From positions 1-32,000 of the forward strand of contig NZ_CP043316.1 in assembly GCF_008189405.1 (NCBI RefSeq): 32,000 nucleotides of DNA, given 5' to 3'. The position numbers were made by a program, and so were the translations under genes. Origin of the DNA: Candidatus Saccharimonadota bacterium (lineage in GTDB: Bacteria > Pseudomonadota > Alphaproteobacteria > CAJXXZ01 > 1604HC). The notes under the pieces were generated by a model. The model ran no database searches. It had not been told where the DNA came from and worked only from the letters and a program-made list of their open reading frames with translations. Of the stretch, positions 1 to 8,502 are shown piece after piece; within the stretch, counting starts at the first letter, position 1, and each line of letters begins with the position of its first letter.

Positions 1-64
1 CAATTGAATCTTAGAGTTTCAATCAATGGTTTTTTTGTAAAAAATCATGTATTATTTGTTTTAG

Positions 65-1522
65 ATGAATTATGCTAATTCCAAAGAGATTCAATCAGTT
101 GAAGATGAATTGGATATAAGCAATTGCTTTGTTGAAGACAGTTTGCTTTCTGCTTTTCCTGAAAATTTTTGCATTAAAAAAAGCATTTTGCCATTAAGCT
201 TTACAAATGGAATTTTAACAATCGCATCTAGTGAAGATGTGTTTTATATATCTGAGGACATATCGTCATATGTTAAATTTGATAGGTTGATTTATAAGAA
301 GGTGAAGAAAGATTTAATCATTTCTTATATAAAAAAATTCTATAAAAAGTTGAATTTTCAATCATCAGATTTCAATTCAGAAATTAGCAATATTGGAGAA
401 TATATTTGTGATAAAATTTTACTAGATTCTTTCACAAAAAAAGCTTCTGACATACACTTTTGTCCTGGAATAAATAGTGTTTCTGTTAAATATAGGGTTG
501 ATGGTGTTTTAAGGAATGTTTTTGAGTTTGAAAAAGAAAAGTGGCCACCTGTTTCTGTTAGAATTAAGGTGATTTCTGAATTAGATATTTCTGAAACTAG
601 AATTCCTCAAGATGGTAGCTTTTCTAAAGAAATTTCAGGGAAGAAAATTGATTTCAGGGTAGCATGTCACCCAACTATGCATGGAGAAAATATTGTTTTA
701 AGAGTTTTGGGGAATAGCAAACCAATTGATTTGAAGGAGCTGAATTATTCTCAAGACACTTTAGAGAATATAAATAAATTCATTGATATGCCAGATGGTT
801 TGGTGATTTTTACTGGGCCTGTAGGATCTGGAAAAACAACATCACTGTATAGTATTTTATCTCATCTTGATCCTCATTCAAACAATATAGTGACTTTGGA
901 AGATCCAATAGAATCATACATTCCTTTAGTTAGGCAAACAGATGTAAATAAATCCCCTAATATGAATTTTGCATCAGGAATCAAGTCTCTTTTAAGGCAA
1001 GATCCTAATATTATGCTAATTGGAGAGATTAGGGATTCGGAAACTGCTCATATGGTGATGAGAGCAGCAATGACAGGTCATAAAATATTTACAACATTGC
1101 ATACAAATAATGTTTTTGGAGTTTTTGATAGATTAATTGAATTTGGCATAGAAAAAACTTTGATAATGCAGTATTTAAAAGGGGTTGTTTCTCAAAGATT
1201 AATTAGAAAGCTTTGTTCTTGTAAAGAGTTGGTTCCAAATAATTTGCCAGAACTAGCCCAAAATAGCATTCAATCTAAATTTATATTTCAAGAAGCTGGG
1301 TGTAATAAGTGTGATCATACTGGGTTTGATGGAAGGGTTGTCGTTGCAGAAAGCGCATACATAAAAAATGATGCTTGCTGTGGTGGGACCATTTATAATC
1401 AAGTAGATATGAAAAAATTGATTCCAGAAGATTTTAAGACAATGTCTATGAATGCTATAGAAAGGGTGATATCTGGTGACACAACTTATAATGAAATCAA
1501 AAAATCATTTGATATATACTGA
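65..1522 (+). CDS. GspE/PilB-family type II secretion / type IV pilus assembly ATPase (485 aa)
   Basis: N-terminal T2SSE_N-like segment (FCIKKSILPLSFTNGILTIASSED). Walker A GPVGSGKTT. Walker B region LRQDPNIMLIGEIRD. His box GHKIFTTLHTN. Tetracysteine cluster CSC...CNKC followed by GFDGR. ATG at 65, TGA stop at 1520-1522. Confidence 0.9.
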   Translation: MNYANSKEIQSVEDELDISNCFVEDSLLSAFPENFCIKKSILPLSFTNGILTIASSEDVFYISEDISSYVKFDRLIYKKVKKDLIISYIKKFYKKLNFQSSDFNSEISNIGEYICDKILLDSFTKKASDIHFCPGINSVSVKYRVDGVLRNVFEFEKEKWPPVSVRIKVISELDISETRIPQDGSFSKEISGKKIDFRVACHPTMHGENIVLRVLGNSKPIDLKELNYSQDTLENINKFIDMPDGLVIFTGPVGSGKTTSLYSILSHLDPHSNNIVTLEDPIESYIPLVRQTDVNKSPNMNFASGIKSLLRQDPNIMLIGEIRDSETAHMVMRAAMTGHKIFTTLHTNNVFGVFDRLIEFGIEKTLIMQYLKGVVSQRLIRKLCSCKELVPNNLPELAQNSIQSKFIFQEAGCNKCDHTGFDGRVVVAESAYIKNDACCGGTIYNQVDMKKLIPEDFKTMSMNAIERVISGDTTYNEIKKSFDIY

Positions 1523-1581
1523 GACTTATACGTTGATATGTAATATAGCATTGTATTAAATGTGTATAGCAAGATAAAATA

Positions 1582-2718
1582 ATGTATTTTAAGTACCTAG
1601 CTTTTTCGAAAAATGGAGAAAAGAAGAAAGGAAATATTTATTCTACTAGTTTAGAAGATGCTGTGTTGTCTATTAAGAATCAAGGGTTAGATATAGTATT
1701 TATCAAGAGGAGTTTCTTTGTGTTTACAAAGAAATTGAACGATTTTGATCTTTTTTTGATGTTTGATTTCTTATCAAAATTTTTATCTAATGAGCTGACT
1801 TTAGACAAATCTTTAGATATGATTGGAAGTTGTGGGATTAAAGCTAGTGAAATGTGCTTGAATATTAAGACGCAAATCACAAAGGGTTTTTCATTTTCAG
1901 GGGCTTTATATAAAAACAAGCATATGTTTGAAAACAACAATTTAAGTATTTTCTCTATAATAGATGAAGTAGGATCTTTAGGCAGTTTTTGTAAATTTTT
2001 GTCTGATTATTATAAAAAGGTAGATTTAAAGAAAAAGAAGATAAAAAAGAGCTTGAAATATCCAATTATGCTGTCTATCTTCTTTCTTTTCTCATTTTCT
2101 ATTGTAGTGAATTTTCTGGTTCCAAATATTATAAATCTTTTGCATCAAATGAACAGTACAGTTCCATTGATCTTAAATGTTTTGAATCATATATCTATAT
2201 ATTTCACTCAATACATGATGGGATTAGTATCTATTATTATGTTTATTATTGTTATGAGGAAAAGAATGGATAATATATGGAATATTATGTCTATAGTGAG
2301 GAAATATAGGTTTGCCAGAGATTTTGCATTCTTCTTTCATATAAACCATATGTTGTTAAATAATGAGATTAGGTTGATAAATGGATTTAAAGTAGCAAAG
2401 AACTGTATGTCTAGTCAAAACAATATTTACATAATAGATAAGGTGTGTGAAAATATAGAATCAGGTTGTTCTGTTAATGAAGCATTTAACATTTCTAAGG
2501 TGGATAAATCGCTTTGTAAGTTGATGGGAATGTATGAGAAATCAGCAAATTTACGATCTGGATTTCAAGTAATATCAGAGATGTATGAATCAGAAATGTT
2601 TAAGATATTAGACTCAGTTTCAGAATATAGTCAGCCATTTATATTGGCTGTGATTGCTTCTTTAATTGGTGTGATAGTGTATTCAATGATGATTCCTTTG
2701 TACAGCTCTTTTGTTTAA
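1582..2718 (+). CDS. GspF/PilC-family inner-membrane platform protein (378 aa)
   Basis: Family-typical N-terminus (YFKYLAFSKNGEKKKGNIYSTSLEDAVLSIKNQGLDIVFIKR). Two T2SSF-like repeats (..ITKGFSFSGALYKNKHMF.. and ..IESGCSVNEAFNISKV..) separated by hydrophobic helices. Lies directly downstream of the GspE/PilB ATPase. Confidence 0.85.
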   Translation: MYFKYLAFSKNGEKKKGNIYSTSLEDAVLSIKNQGLDIVFIKRSFFVFTKKLNDFDLFLMFDFLSKFLSNELTLDKSLDMIGSCGIKASEMCLNIKTQITKGFSFSGALYKNKHMFENNNLSIFSIIDEVGSLGSFCKFLSDYYKKVDLKKKKIKKSLKYPIMLSIFFLFSFSIVVNFLVPNIINLLHQMNSTVPLILNVLNHISIYFTQYMMGLVSIIMFIIVMRKRMDNIWNIMSIVRKYRFARDFAFFFHINHMLLNNEIRLINGFKVAKNCMSSQNNIYIIDKVCENIESGCSVNEAFNISKVDKSLCKLMGMYEKSANLRSGFQVISEMYESEMFKILDSVSEYSQPFILAVIASLIGVIVYSMMIPLYSSFV

Positions 2719-2725
2719 TTTTATT

Positions 2726-2730
2726 GGAGG
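2726..2730 (+). promoter_or_regulatory. Shine-Dalgarno (GGAGG) for the 2735 ATG
   Basis: The sequence ttGGAGGgtgtATG sits just inside or after the end of the pilC-like gene. It argues for ATG 2735 as the true start rather than the TTG at 2711 used by the ORF track. Confidence 0.6.
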
Positions 2731-2734
2731 GTGT

Positions 2735-3724
2735 ATGAGTGTTAATAGAGCAATTAATTTGATTTCTAACTTTTACAAGTTTGTTTATAGAGGGTTTAAT
2801 AAAGATTCAGACAATATGAACATGCTTAGCAATAATGTAATTGATGAATATATGACAGATATTATTGTAGAGCGCATTCCTTCTAATCTGAATTTTTTTG
2901 ATAAAAGAAAGTGGTTTAAGTATAAAGAAAACCTTTTGCTTAATGATAAAGGCTATAAAAGAGTTGTAATGCAAGATTGGTGTGTTTGGTTATATTCAAA
3001 CAGGAAGGCAAAAAGATGGTCTATTTTAGAGAAAGTAAAATCACTAAAACTTCTAGTCAATAATTTGTCTGAAAATGAAATTTGGTTTTTTGATGATGGC
3101 GAACAGAAAATATGCTTATCTCTTTTAAATGGAAATTTGATATGGTTCAAAATATTAGGAGAGTTTTCTGAGAGTGCTTTGGAACATGTTATAAAACATA
3201 TGAAAAAATATAGTTTTGAATCTCCCAAAGTAAGAATTTTCGGGGCATATTTTGACTTTAATTATGACGTAGAGGTGTTTTCTATAGACAAAATAGAGAG
3301 AGCAATAAAATTCCCTATAAGTAAAATAAAATACAAATATATACAAAATATAATTGAGAACTTGAGATTTGGATTAGCAAATGCAGTGTCTTGTATAACA
3401 TTGAGCATTCTAGCATTTACATTTTATAGCAAAAGCCATGGTTTAGGCTTAAAAATGCAAGATTTACAATCTAGAATGAGAGTGATTAATAAAAGAATGT
3501 TGAATTATCCACCGTTAGATCATTTGAAATCTTTAGAGCATGATGTGCAGAGAAAAATTGATTTATCTAAGCTTGTAGATTATATAAGTAATCATGATTA
3601 TAAAATTAGGCTTATATCTAAAAATGAACTTTCTCTTCAATTAATTAATATTGATGAAAATAAAAAAAGCATGATATCTGATATTAGTAGGAAGTGTGGG
3701 TTTGCAAGAATATGTTTTCATTAA
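2735..3724 (+). CDS. Uncharacterised bitopic membrane protein coupled to the pilB/pilC-like genes; possible GspL or PilM-PilN-like assembly component (329 aa from ATG 2735)
   Basis: Long ORF with a strong SD. One clear hydrophobic helix (FGLANAVSCITLSILAFTFY, encoded about 3368-3427) splits a soluble N-domain of about 210 aa from a C-domain of about 95 aa. The C-domain starts with a charged, helix-like stretch (LKMQDLQSRMRVINKRM..). I recognise no catalytic motif. The functional call rests on topology and gene context only. Confidence 0.75.
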   Translation: MSVNRAINLISNFYKFVYRGFNKDSDNMNMLSNNVIDEYMTDIIVERIPSNLNFFDKRKWFKYKENLLLNDKGYKRVVMQDWCVWLYSNRKAKRWSILEKVKSLKLLVNNLSENEIWFFDDGEQKICLSLLNGNLIWFKILGEFSESALEHVIKHMKKYSFESPKVRIFGAYFDFNYDVEVFSIDKIERAIKFPISKIKYKYIQNIIENLRFGLANAVSCITLSILAFTFYSKSHGLGLKMQDLQSRMRVINKRMLNYPPLDHLKSLEHDVQRKIDLSKLVDYISNHDYKIRLISKNELSLQLINIDENKKSMISDISRKCGFARICFH

Positions 3725-3963
3725 AGCTTGTGAGTAATTTATTGAAGTGTGCTATTAATAGTTTACAGCAATATGCGATTAATTTGCTGAAGCATTCTAT
3801 TAAATTTTATATTAGATTTATAAGCCCATATCTGAAGAATAGGTGTATATTTTATCCAAGTTGCTCTAAATATGCTTTGACAGTACTAAATGAAGAGGGT
3901 GTTTCTGGTGTTCACAAAATTATTATTAGAATTTTAAAATGCAACCCTTTTTATAAGTTTTAA
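3712..3963 (+). CDS. yidD: Membrane protein insertion efficiency factor YidD
   Basis: YidD signature FYIRFISPYLKNRCIFYPSCSKYALTVLNEEGVSGVHKIIIRILKCNPF (ISP....C.F.P.CS.Y ... R...C.P). The track start is 3694; ATG 3712 is an equally plausible start. The gene overlaps the end of the previous ORF. Confidence 0.85.
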   Translation: MFSLKLVSNLLKCAINSLQQYAINLLKHSIKFYIRFISPYLKNRCIFYPSCSKYALTVLNEEGVSGVHKIIIRILKCNPFYKF

Positions 3964-4215
3964 ATATTTTAAGATATAGTTTTTATAGTGATGATAATGT
4001 TTTGTATAAATTATATGCAATGTTTTATATATATTATTATCTATAGTATAAGTAAATTCATTATAAAGAGACAGTTCATTGTTAAGGTATGATTTGTCGC
4101 ATGAAGCATAAGATTTTGTATGAATTTGAGCTTTTATTTTCGTGTTTTATTTCTTTTTACACTTGAATCTAAGGATAGGATTTCTTTTTAAAGATAATAT
4201 TGTTAAATTATAAGC

Positions 4216-4731
4216 ATGCAAAAGTCTTTAGAACAAGTTTTAGAATCAATGAGAAATCGTAAGAAGGAAATAGTAAAAGATGGCACAGACAATAATGCCA
4301 TTATTGATACTGAATCCTCGTTAGATAAGATCAAAGATGCACTTGGACAATTAAAAGAAATTAAAAATCAAAAAAAATGTATTAAAATCCGCAAAACAGA
4401 AACGTTACAAATAGAAGAGGAAGCAATGTATAGTATGCTTCTTCCTTTGTTTGGTGAATGGTTGGAATCAAATAAGAGCGAAATAATGAATCAACTGGGA
4501 AGTCAGATTAAAATTCAAGATATTTCTGAAGATATGATGAGAAAAGTTGTGTTTGATGCTGTAGATGAAGAGTTCATTTCAAAATATATAAATAAAATGT
4601 TATTTGAGTATATACAGAATCATGAGGATTATATTAAACAATCGATAGATAGTATTATTCAGCATTCTGTAAAAAGCAAACTATATGAAGTGGTTGAAGA
4701 CGTAATCCACAAGATTATGGGGAAGAAATGA
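4216..4731 (+). CDS. DUF2497 / PopZ-like protein (171 aa)
   Basis: The N-terminal motif SLEQVLESMRNRKKE resembles the PopZ/DUF2497 N-terminus (MEEILASIRRIISED type). The C-terminal motif MLLPLFGEWLESNKSEIMNQL resembles the family's L.PML.EWLD.NLP..VE motif. The gene sits directly upstream of valS with an ATGA overlap, which I recall as the usual alphaproteobacterial arrangement. Confidence 0.6.
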   Translation: MQKSLEQVLESMRNRKKEIVKDGTDNNAIIDTESSLDKIKDALGQLKEIKNQKKCIKIRKTETLQIEEEAMYSMLLPLFGEWLESNKSEIMNQLGSQIKIQDISEDMMRKVVFDAVDEEFISKYINKMLFEYIQNHEDYIKQSIDSIIQHSVKSKLYEVVEDVIHKIMGKK

Positions 4732-7427
4732 GCTTTATAAGCCATATTAAAGCAATTGAAGACCAATCAGAGTTTAAATTTGAATCATATGACGAAATCA
4801 TTGTTTTGCCTCCACCTAATATAACTGGTAAATTGCATATTGGTCATGCACTAAATGTTTGTGTGCAAGATTTTAAAGTTAGGTTTGAGAGATTAAATGG
4901 TAAAAATATATTGTGGATTCCAGGCACTGATCATTCTGGAATTGCAACACAAATATTAGTAGAAAAATCCATCATGCCTTTAACTAAATATGATTTAGGA
5001 CGTGAAAAATTCTTGAACAAGGTATGGGAATGGAAAGAAAAGTATCAAGATAACATATATAGTCAATTAAAGTCATTGGGTGTATTGCTGAGTTGGGATC
5101 ATGCCAAATTTACAATGGATGAAGATATTCAAATTTCTGTTTCTAAGGCATTTTGTGAATTATATGAAGCTGGTTTGATCTATAAAGCTAAGAAAATGAT
5201 TTACTGGGATACAAAGTTGGAAACTGCAATTTCTGATCTAGAAGTCAAATCTGAGGAATCAAATGGAGAGCTGTATTACATTAAATATGAATTGGATTTT
5301 TCAGAATATGAATCAGATTCTTCAGATGAATTCGCAGCTCAATCGTTAAATAATAAAGACAAGCTAAATCAATTCATTACTGTTGCAACAACAAGACCAG
5401 AAACATTGTTTGGTGATCAGGCAATTGCTGTAAATCCTAATGATGTACGATATAAAGATTTTATAGGATTATATGCTAAAATTCCTTTGACAAACAGAAA
5501 AATAAAAATAATATCTGATGAACGATGTGAGATTGAAATGGGTACAGGAGCCGTTAAAATTACACCAGCACATGATTTCTTAGATTTTGAGATTGGGCAA
5601 GATCATAATCTTGAGTGTGTAGATATATTAGATAAAACTGGATCTTTAGATGGAAGTTTGGTGCCTGATAAATATGTAGGGATTGATAGATTTGAAGTAA
5701 GGAAAATGTTAGTTGCAGATCTAGGAGAAAATCTTGAAAAAGTTGAGAAGATTAAGAGTATCATTCCATTTGGAGATAGATCAAATACGATTCTAGAGCC
5801 TAGATTAACAGATCAATGGTTTATTGATACTGATGATATGGCGAAAGATGCATTGAGAGCATTAGAGAAGATTAAAATTTACCCAGAACATATGGTTAAT
5901 ACATATAAACATTGGATGAATAATATTCAACCATGGTGTATTTCAAGGCAATTATGGTGGGGTCATAGGATTCCTGTTTGGTATTGTGATGAACAGATTA
6001 TTGTTGCGCTAGATAAAAATGAAGCTGAGAAGAAAGCAAAAGAATTAGGGTTGGATAAAGAAAAGTTAGTACAAGAAAATGATGTTCTAGATACTTGGTT
6101 TTCATCAGCATTATGGCCATTTACAACAATTGAGAATAATGATCTTGATATGTCACATTATCCAAATAAGTTTTTGGTTACTGGTAGTGATATACTTTTC
6201 TTCTGGGTTGCAAGAATGGTTATGTTTGGGTGTTTTTTCAAAAAAGATGTTCCATTTAAAGAAGTATATTTACATGGTCTGGTCCAAGATAATTTTGGGA
6301 AGAAAATGTCTAAATCTAAAAATAATGTTATAGATCCAATTGGAGTTGTAGATAAAGAAGGGAAGGATGTGCTAAGATTTGCTTTGCTCTACTCATCTAT
6401 TCCAGGTAAAAATACAAAATTTGGAGATAAAAACATTGAGCATTCAAGGCACTTTTGTATTAAGATATGGAATTTATATAAATATATCAAAAATAGTATA
6501 AATAATGCTGCAGATGGTAAAGGTTATGCATGTGCAGTGAATCATGTGTGGAATATATGGATTTTGCATGAATTAAAAAATGCTACTGAGGAAATTAAAG
6601 AATATATAGATAATTGGGATTTATATCACGCATCTCATAAGATATACAAAGTTATTTGGGATGTTTTTTGTAATTGGTATTTGGAAGGGGCGAAATATTT
6701 ACTAAATTCAGAATATAAAGAAGAAACCCAATATGTGTTAGAAAGCGCACTACACGATATGTTGATCATACTGCATCCGTTTATTCCATTTTTAAGTAAT
6801 TATATTTATAAGGATTTGTTTAATAAAGATATTTTAGAGATTGCAGGTATTATGCAAAACTTGCGAATTGATGACCATGTGAATTTGATAGATTTAGATA
6901 GAGCAGACAAAGATAGGTTGAGCAAAGATGATTTGGATGGTGATTTAAATAAAAGTATTGGAAATGATGATACTACTGTGCAGTTTATACAGAATGTTAC
7001 TGAAGAAATTAGATTTATTAAAGCAATTTTTGAAATAGAAAAGAAAGCAATTTTACATATTAGTGATCAGGGACAAGAAGCAAAAGCACTAGACATATAC
7101 GGAATTATAAAGCAAATAACAAAATGTGAAATCAAACCTTCTAATGATGCATATAAAAGTAATTATATTCCATATCCAGTGATGGGAGGATTTTTAAGCA
7201 TTCCAATTAAGGATTACGATAAAGATGTTGTGCAAAAGAAATTTACTAAAATTAAGAATGATATAGAGAAGGATTATAATCTTGCATTGAAAAGTAAAAA
7301 CAATCCTAAGTTTATGTTGAAAGCTCCAGAAGAAATTAGGGAAGAGATTAATTTAAGAGTGGAAACTTTTAGTAGTGAGCTAAAAAAAGTAGATAATATT
7401 ATTCAGATGTGGGAAAATTCGTTATGA
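4728..7427 (+). CDS. valS: Valine--tRNA ligase (899 aa)
   Basis: HIGH motif PPPNITGKLHIGHAL. KMSKS motif KMSKSKNN. ATTRPETLFGD and WCISRQLWWGHRIP blocks. C-terminal coiled-coil-like tail. Confidence 0.95.
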   Translation: MSFISHIKAIEDQSEFKFESYDEIIVLPPPNITGKLHIGHALNVCVQDFKVRFERLNGKNILWIPGTDHSGIATQILVEKSIMPLTKYDLGREKFLNKVWEWKEKYQDNIYSQLKSLGVLLSWDHAKFTMDEDIQISVSKAFCELYEAGLIYKAKKMIYWDTKLETAISDLEVKSEESNGELYYIKYELDFSEYESDSSDEFAAQSLNNKDKLNQFITVATTRPETLFGDQAIAVNPNDVRYKDFIGLYAKIPLTNRKIKIISDERCEIEMGTGAVKITPAHDFLDFEIGQDHNLECVDILDKTGSLDGSLVPDKYVGIDRFEVRKMLVADLGENLEKVEKIKSIIPFGDRSNTILEPRLTDQWFIDTDDMAKDALRALEKIKIYPEHMVNTYKHWMNNIQPWCISRQLWWGHRIPVWYCDEQIIVALDKNEAEKKAKELGLDKEKLVQENDVLDTWFSSALWPFTTIENNDLDMSHYPNKFLVTGSDILFFWVARMVMFGCFFKKDVPFKEVYLHGLVQDNFGKKMSKSKNNVIDPIGVVDKEGKDVLRFALLYSSIPGKNTKFGDKNIEHSRHFCIKIWNLYKYIKNSINNAADGKGYACAVNHVWNIWILHELKNATEEIKEYIDNWDLYHASHKIYKVIWDVFCNWYLEGAKYLLNSEYKEETQYVLESALHDMLIILHPFIPFLSNYIYKDLFNKDILEIAGIMQNLRIDDHVNLIDLDRADKDRLSKDDLDGDLNKSIGNDDTTVQFIQNVTEEIRFIKAIFEIEKKAILHISDQGQEAKALDIYGIIKQITKCEIKPSNDAYKSNYIPYPVMGGFLSIPIKDYDKDVVQKKFTKIKNDIEKDYNLALKSKNNPKFMLKAPEEIREEINLRVETFSSELKKVDNIIQMWENSL

Positions 7428-7786
7428 GATTTATTTTATTGTTAGCATTTATGCTTTATGGATGCGAAACTAAACATGGATTTGCAATAAAAGAAAATAT
7501 AAAAGGAATGTCAGAATCTGAATTGTATAGTAAATATGGGCGTTCAGTAGTGCATCATCCACTAAATAATAATGTAATCTTTTATTTTGAATACTCTGAT
7601 CAAATTATGAAAGCAAATAAATTGCATTGGATAAAAGTATATTTGAAAGATGGTTATGTTCATAGTTATCAGAGAAATATTACTAATAGCAAGTTGAAAA
7701 TGGTTCCACATATCAAGCCATCATTAATTAAGACTAAATGGGTAAGTGAGCTATTTGACTATATAGGCTCATCATCAATTAGTTAA
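7424..7786 (+). CDS. Small lipoprotein, BamE (SmpA/OmlA)-like
   Basis: Signal peptide with lipobox MRFILLLAFMLYG|C. The block IKGMSESELYSKYGRSVVHHPLNNNVIFYFEY resembles the BamE core (..GMT..QV...LG.P......N.W.Y.F). ATG 7424 overlaps the valS stop (ATGA); the track start of 7409 is less likely. Confidence 0.6.
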   Translation: MRFILLLAFMLYGCETKHGFAIKENIKGMSESELYSKYGRSVVHHPLNNNVIFYFEYSDQIMKANKLHWIKVYLKDGYVHSYQRNITNSKLKMVPHIKPSLIKTKWVSELFDYIGSSSIS

Positions 7787-8020
7787 TGCATCTTTACAGC
7801 ACAATTAATTAATATATATTTCTGTATTTCATTTCACCTTAACCCTTATTGATATAATGATTGTTTAGGTAATTTATAAGTAATTGTTCACTTAGTATAA
7901 TTATTAGCATAAACATGATTAGTATAGACGCTATCTTAGTATGGATACTATTTAGGATATAGTTGTTATAATCATTATTTGCATTGAAAATTCATTGGAA
8001 ATATGTATATAATATCAATT

Positions 8021-8146
8021 ATGAAAGTAACTAGCTCATTAAAAACCTTAAAAAACAGACATAAGGATTGTAAAATTGTCAGAAGAAAAGGAAAGGTGTA
8101 CGTGATTAATAAGAAGTACCCTAGATATAAGGCTAGACAAGGCTAA
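8021..8146 (+). CDS. rpmJ: 50S ribosomal protein L36 (41 aa, Cys-poor alphaproteobacterial/mitochondrial-type form)
   Basis: Not in the ORF track because it is too short. My translation is [41 protein letters not shown], which matches the MK..SLK.LK.RH.D..VVRRKGR.YVINK...RFKARQG form of L36. Confidence 0.9.
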   Translation: MKVTSSLKTLKNRHKDCKIVRRKGKVYVINKKYPRYKARQG

Positions 8147-8379
8147 TGAATCTTATTGAAAATAGTTATCATGATATTTTAGCTATGATACAAAAAGCTA
8201 AAGATATTGCAAATGGTGATATACCTAATGCACAGATTAAAAGTGATAAAAAAGCGTATATTGCTTATGATATTATACATAATCATTTGGAAGATAAGCA
8301 TGAATTATTTGAGAAATTTGTAAATAATATTACACATCATCTTTCTGATAAAGAAGAAGATGATGATTATAATATCTGA
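8146..8379 (+). CDS. Hypothetical small protein (77 aa), His-containing with an acidic tail
   Basis: The ATG overlaps the rpmJ stop (TAATG). It has 6 His and a C-terminal DKEEDDDYNI tail. I recognise no family motif. Confidence 0.5.
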   Translation: MNLIENSYHDILAMIQKAKDIANGDIPNAQIKSDKKAYIAYDIIHNHLEDKHELFEKFVNNITHHLSDKEEDDDYNI

Positions 8380-8397
8380 TATATCTTAAAATATCAG
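8376..8397 (+). terminator. Weak AT-rich hairpin overlapping the stop of the 77-aa ORF
   Basis: CTGATAT-atcttaaa-ATATCAG forms a 7-bp perfect stem with an 8-nt loop, followed by ttaatt. The stem has low GC and there is no strong U-tract, so terminator function is uncertain. Confidence 0.25.
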
Positions 8398-8502
8398 TTA
8401 ATTCACTAGTTAATTAGTAAAATTGCAAAGTATTTATAGAATGCCGTAGAGGATTAAGATATAATCTATTCTTGATATATGGTATAAGTTATTAGTATAA
8501 AT

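Noticed and set aside
2711-2734. The longer N-terminal versions given by the ORF track for several genes: TTG 2711, TTG 11861, GTG 14258, ATG 7409, ATG 20681, ATG 24298.
   Set aside because: In each case a downstream ATG gives a better model. The downstream ATGs have a GGAGG ribosome-binding site (2735), an ATGA overlap with the preceding stop (7424), a family-typical N-terminus (20639, 14261) or a correctly placed membrane anchor (24139). The upstream codons are kept only as alternatives.
6862-6980. An Asp/Leu-rich low-complexity linker in ValS (..DDHVNLIDLDRADKDRLSKDDLDGDLNKSIGNDDTT..) as a functional insertion.
   Set aside because: It lies in the variable linker before the C-terminal coiled coil, where length variation is common. 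The repetitive gat/tta codons look like slippage-driven expansion, so it does not seem worth a separate finding.
8396-8415. The direct repeat agttaatt-cact-agttaatt upstream of mutS as a CtrA box (TTAA-N7-TTAA).
   Set aside because: The spacing between the TTAA half-sites is 8 nt, not 7. TTAA is very frequent in this AT-rich DNA.
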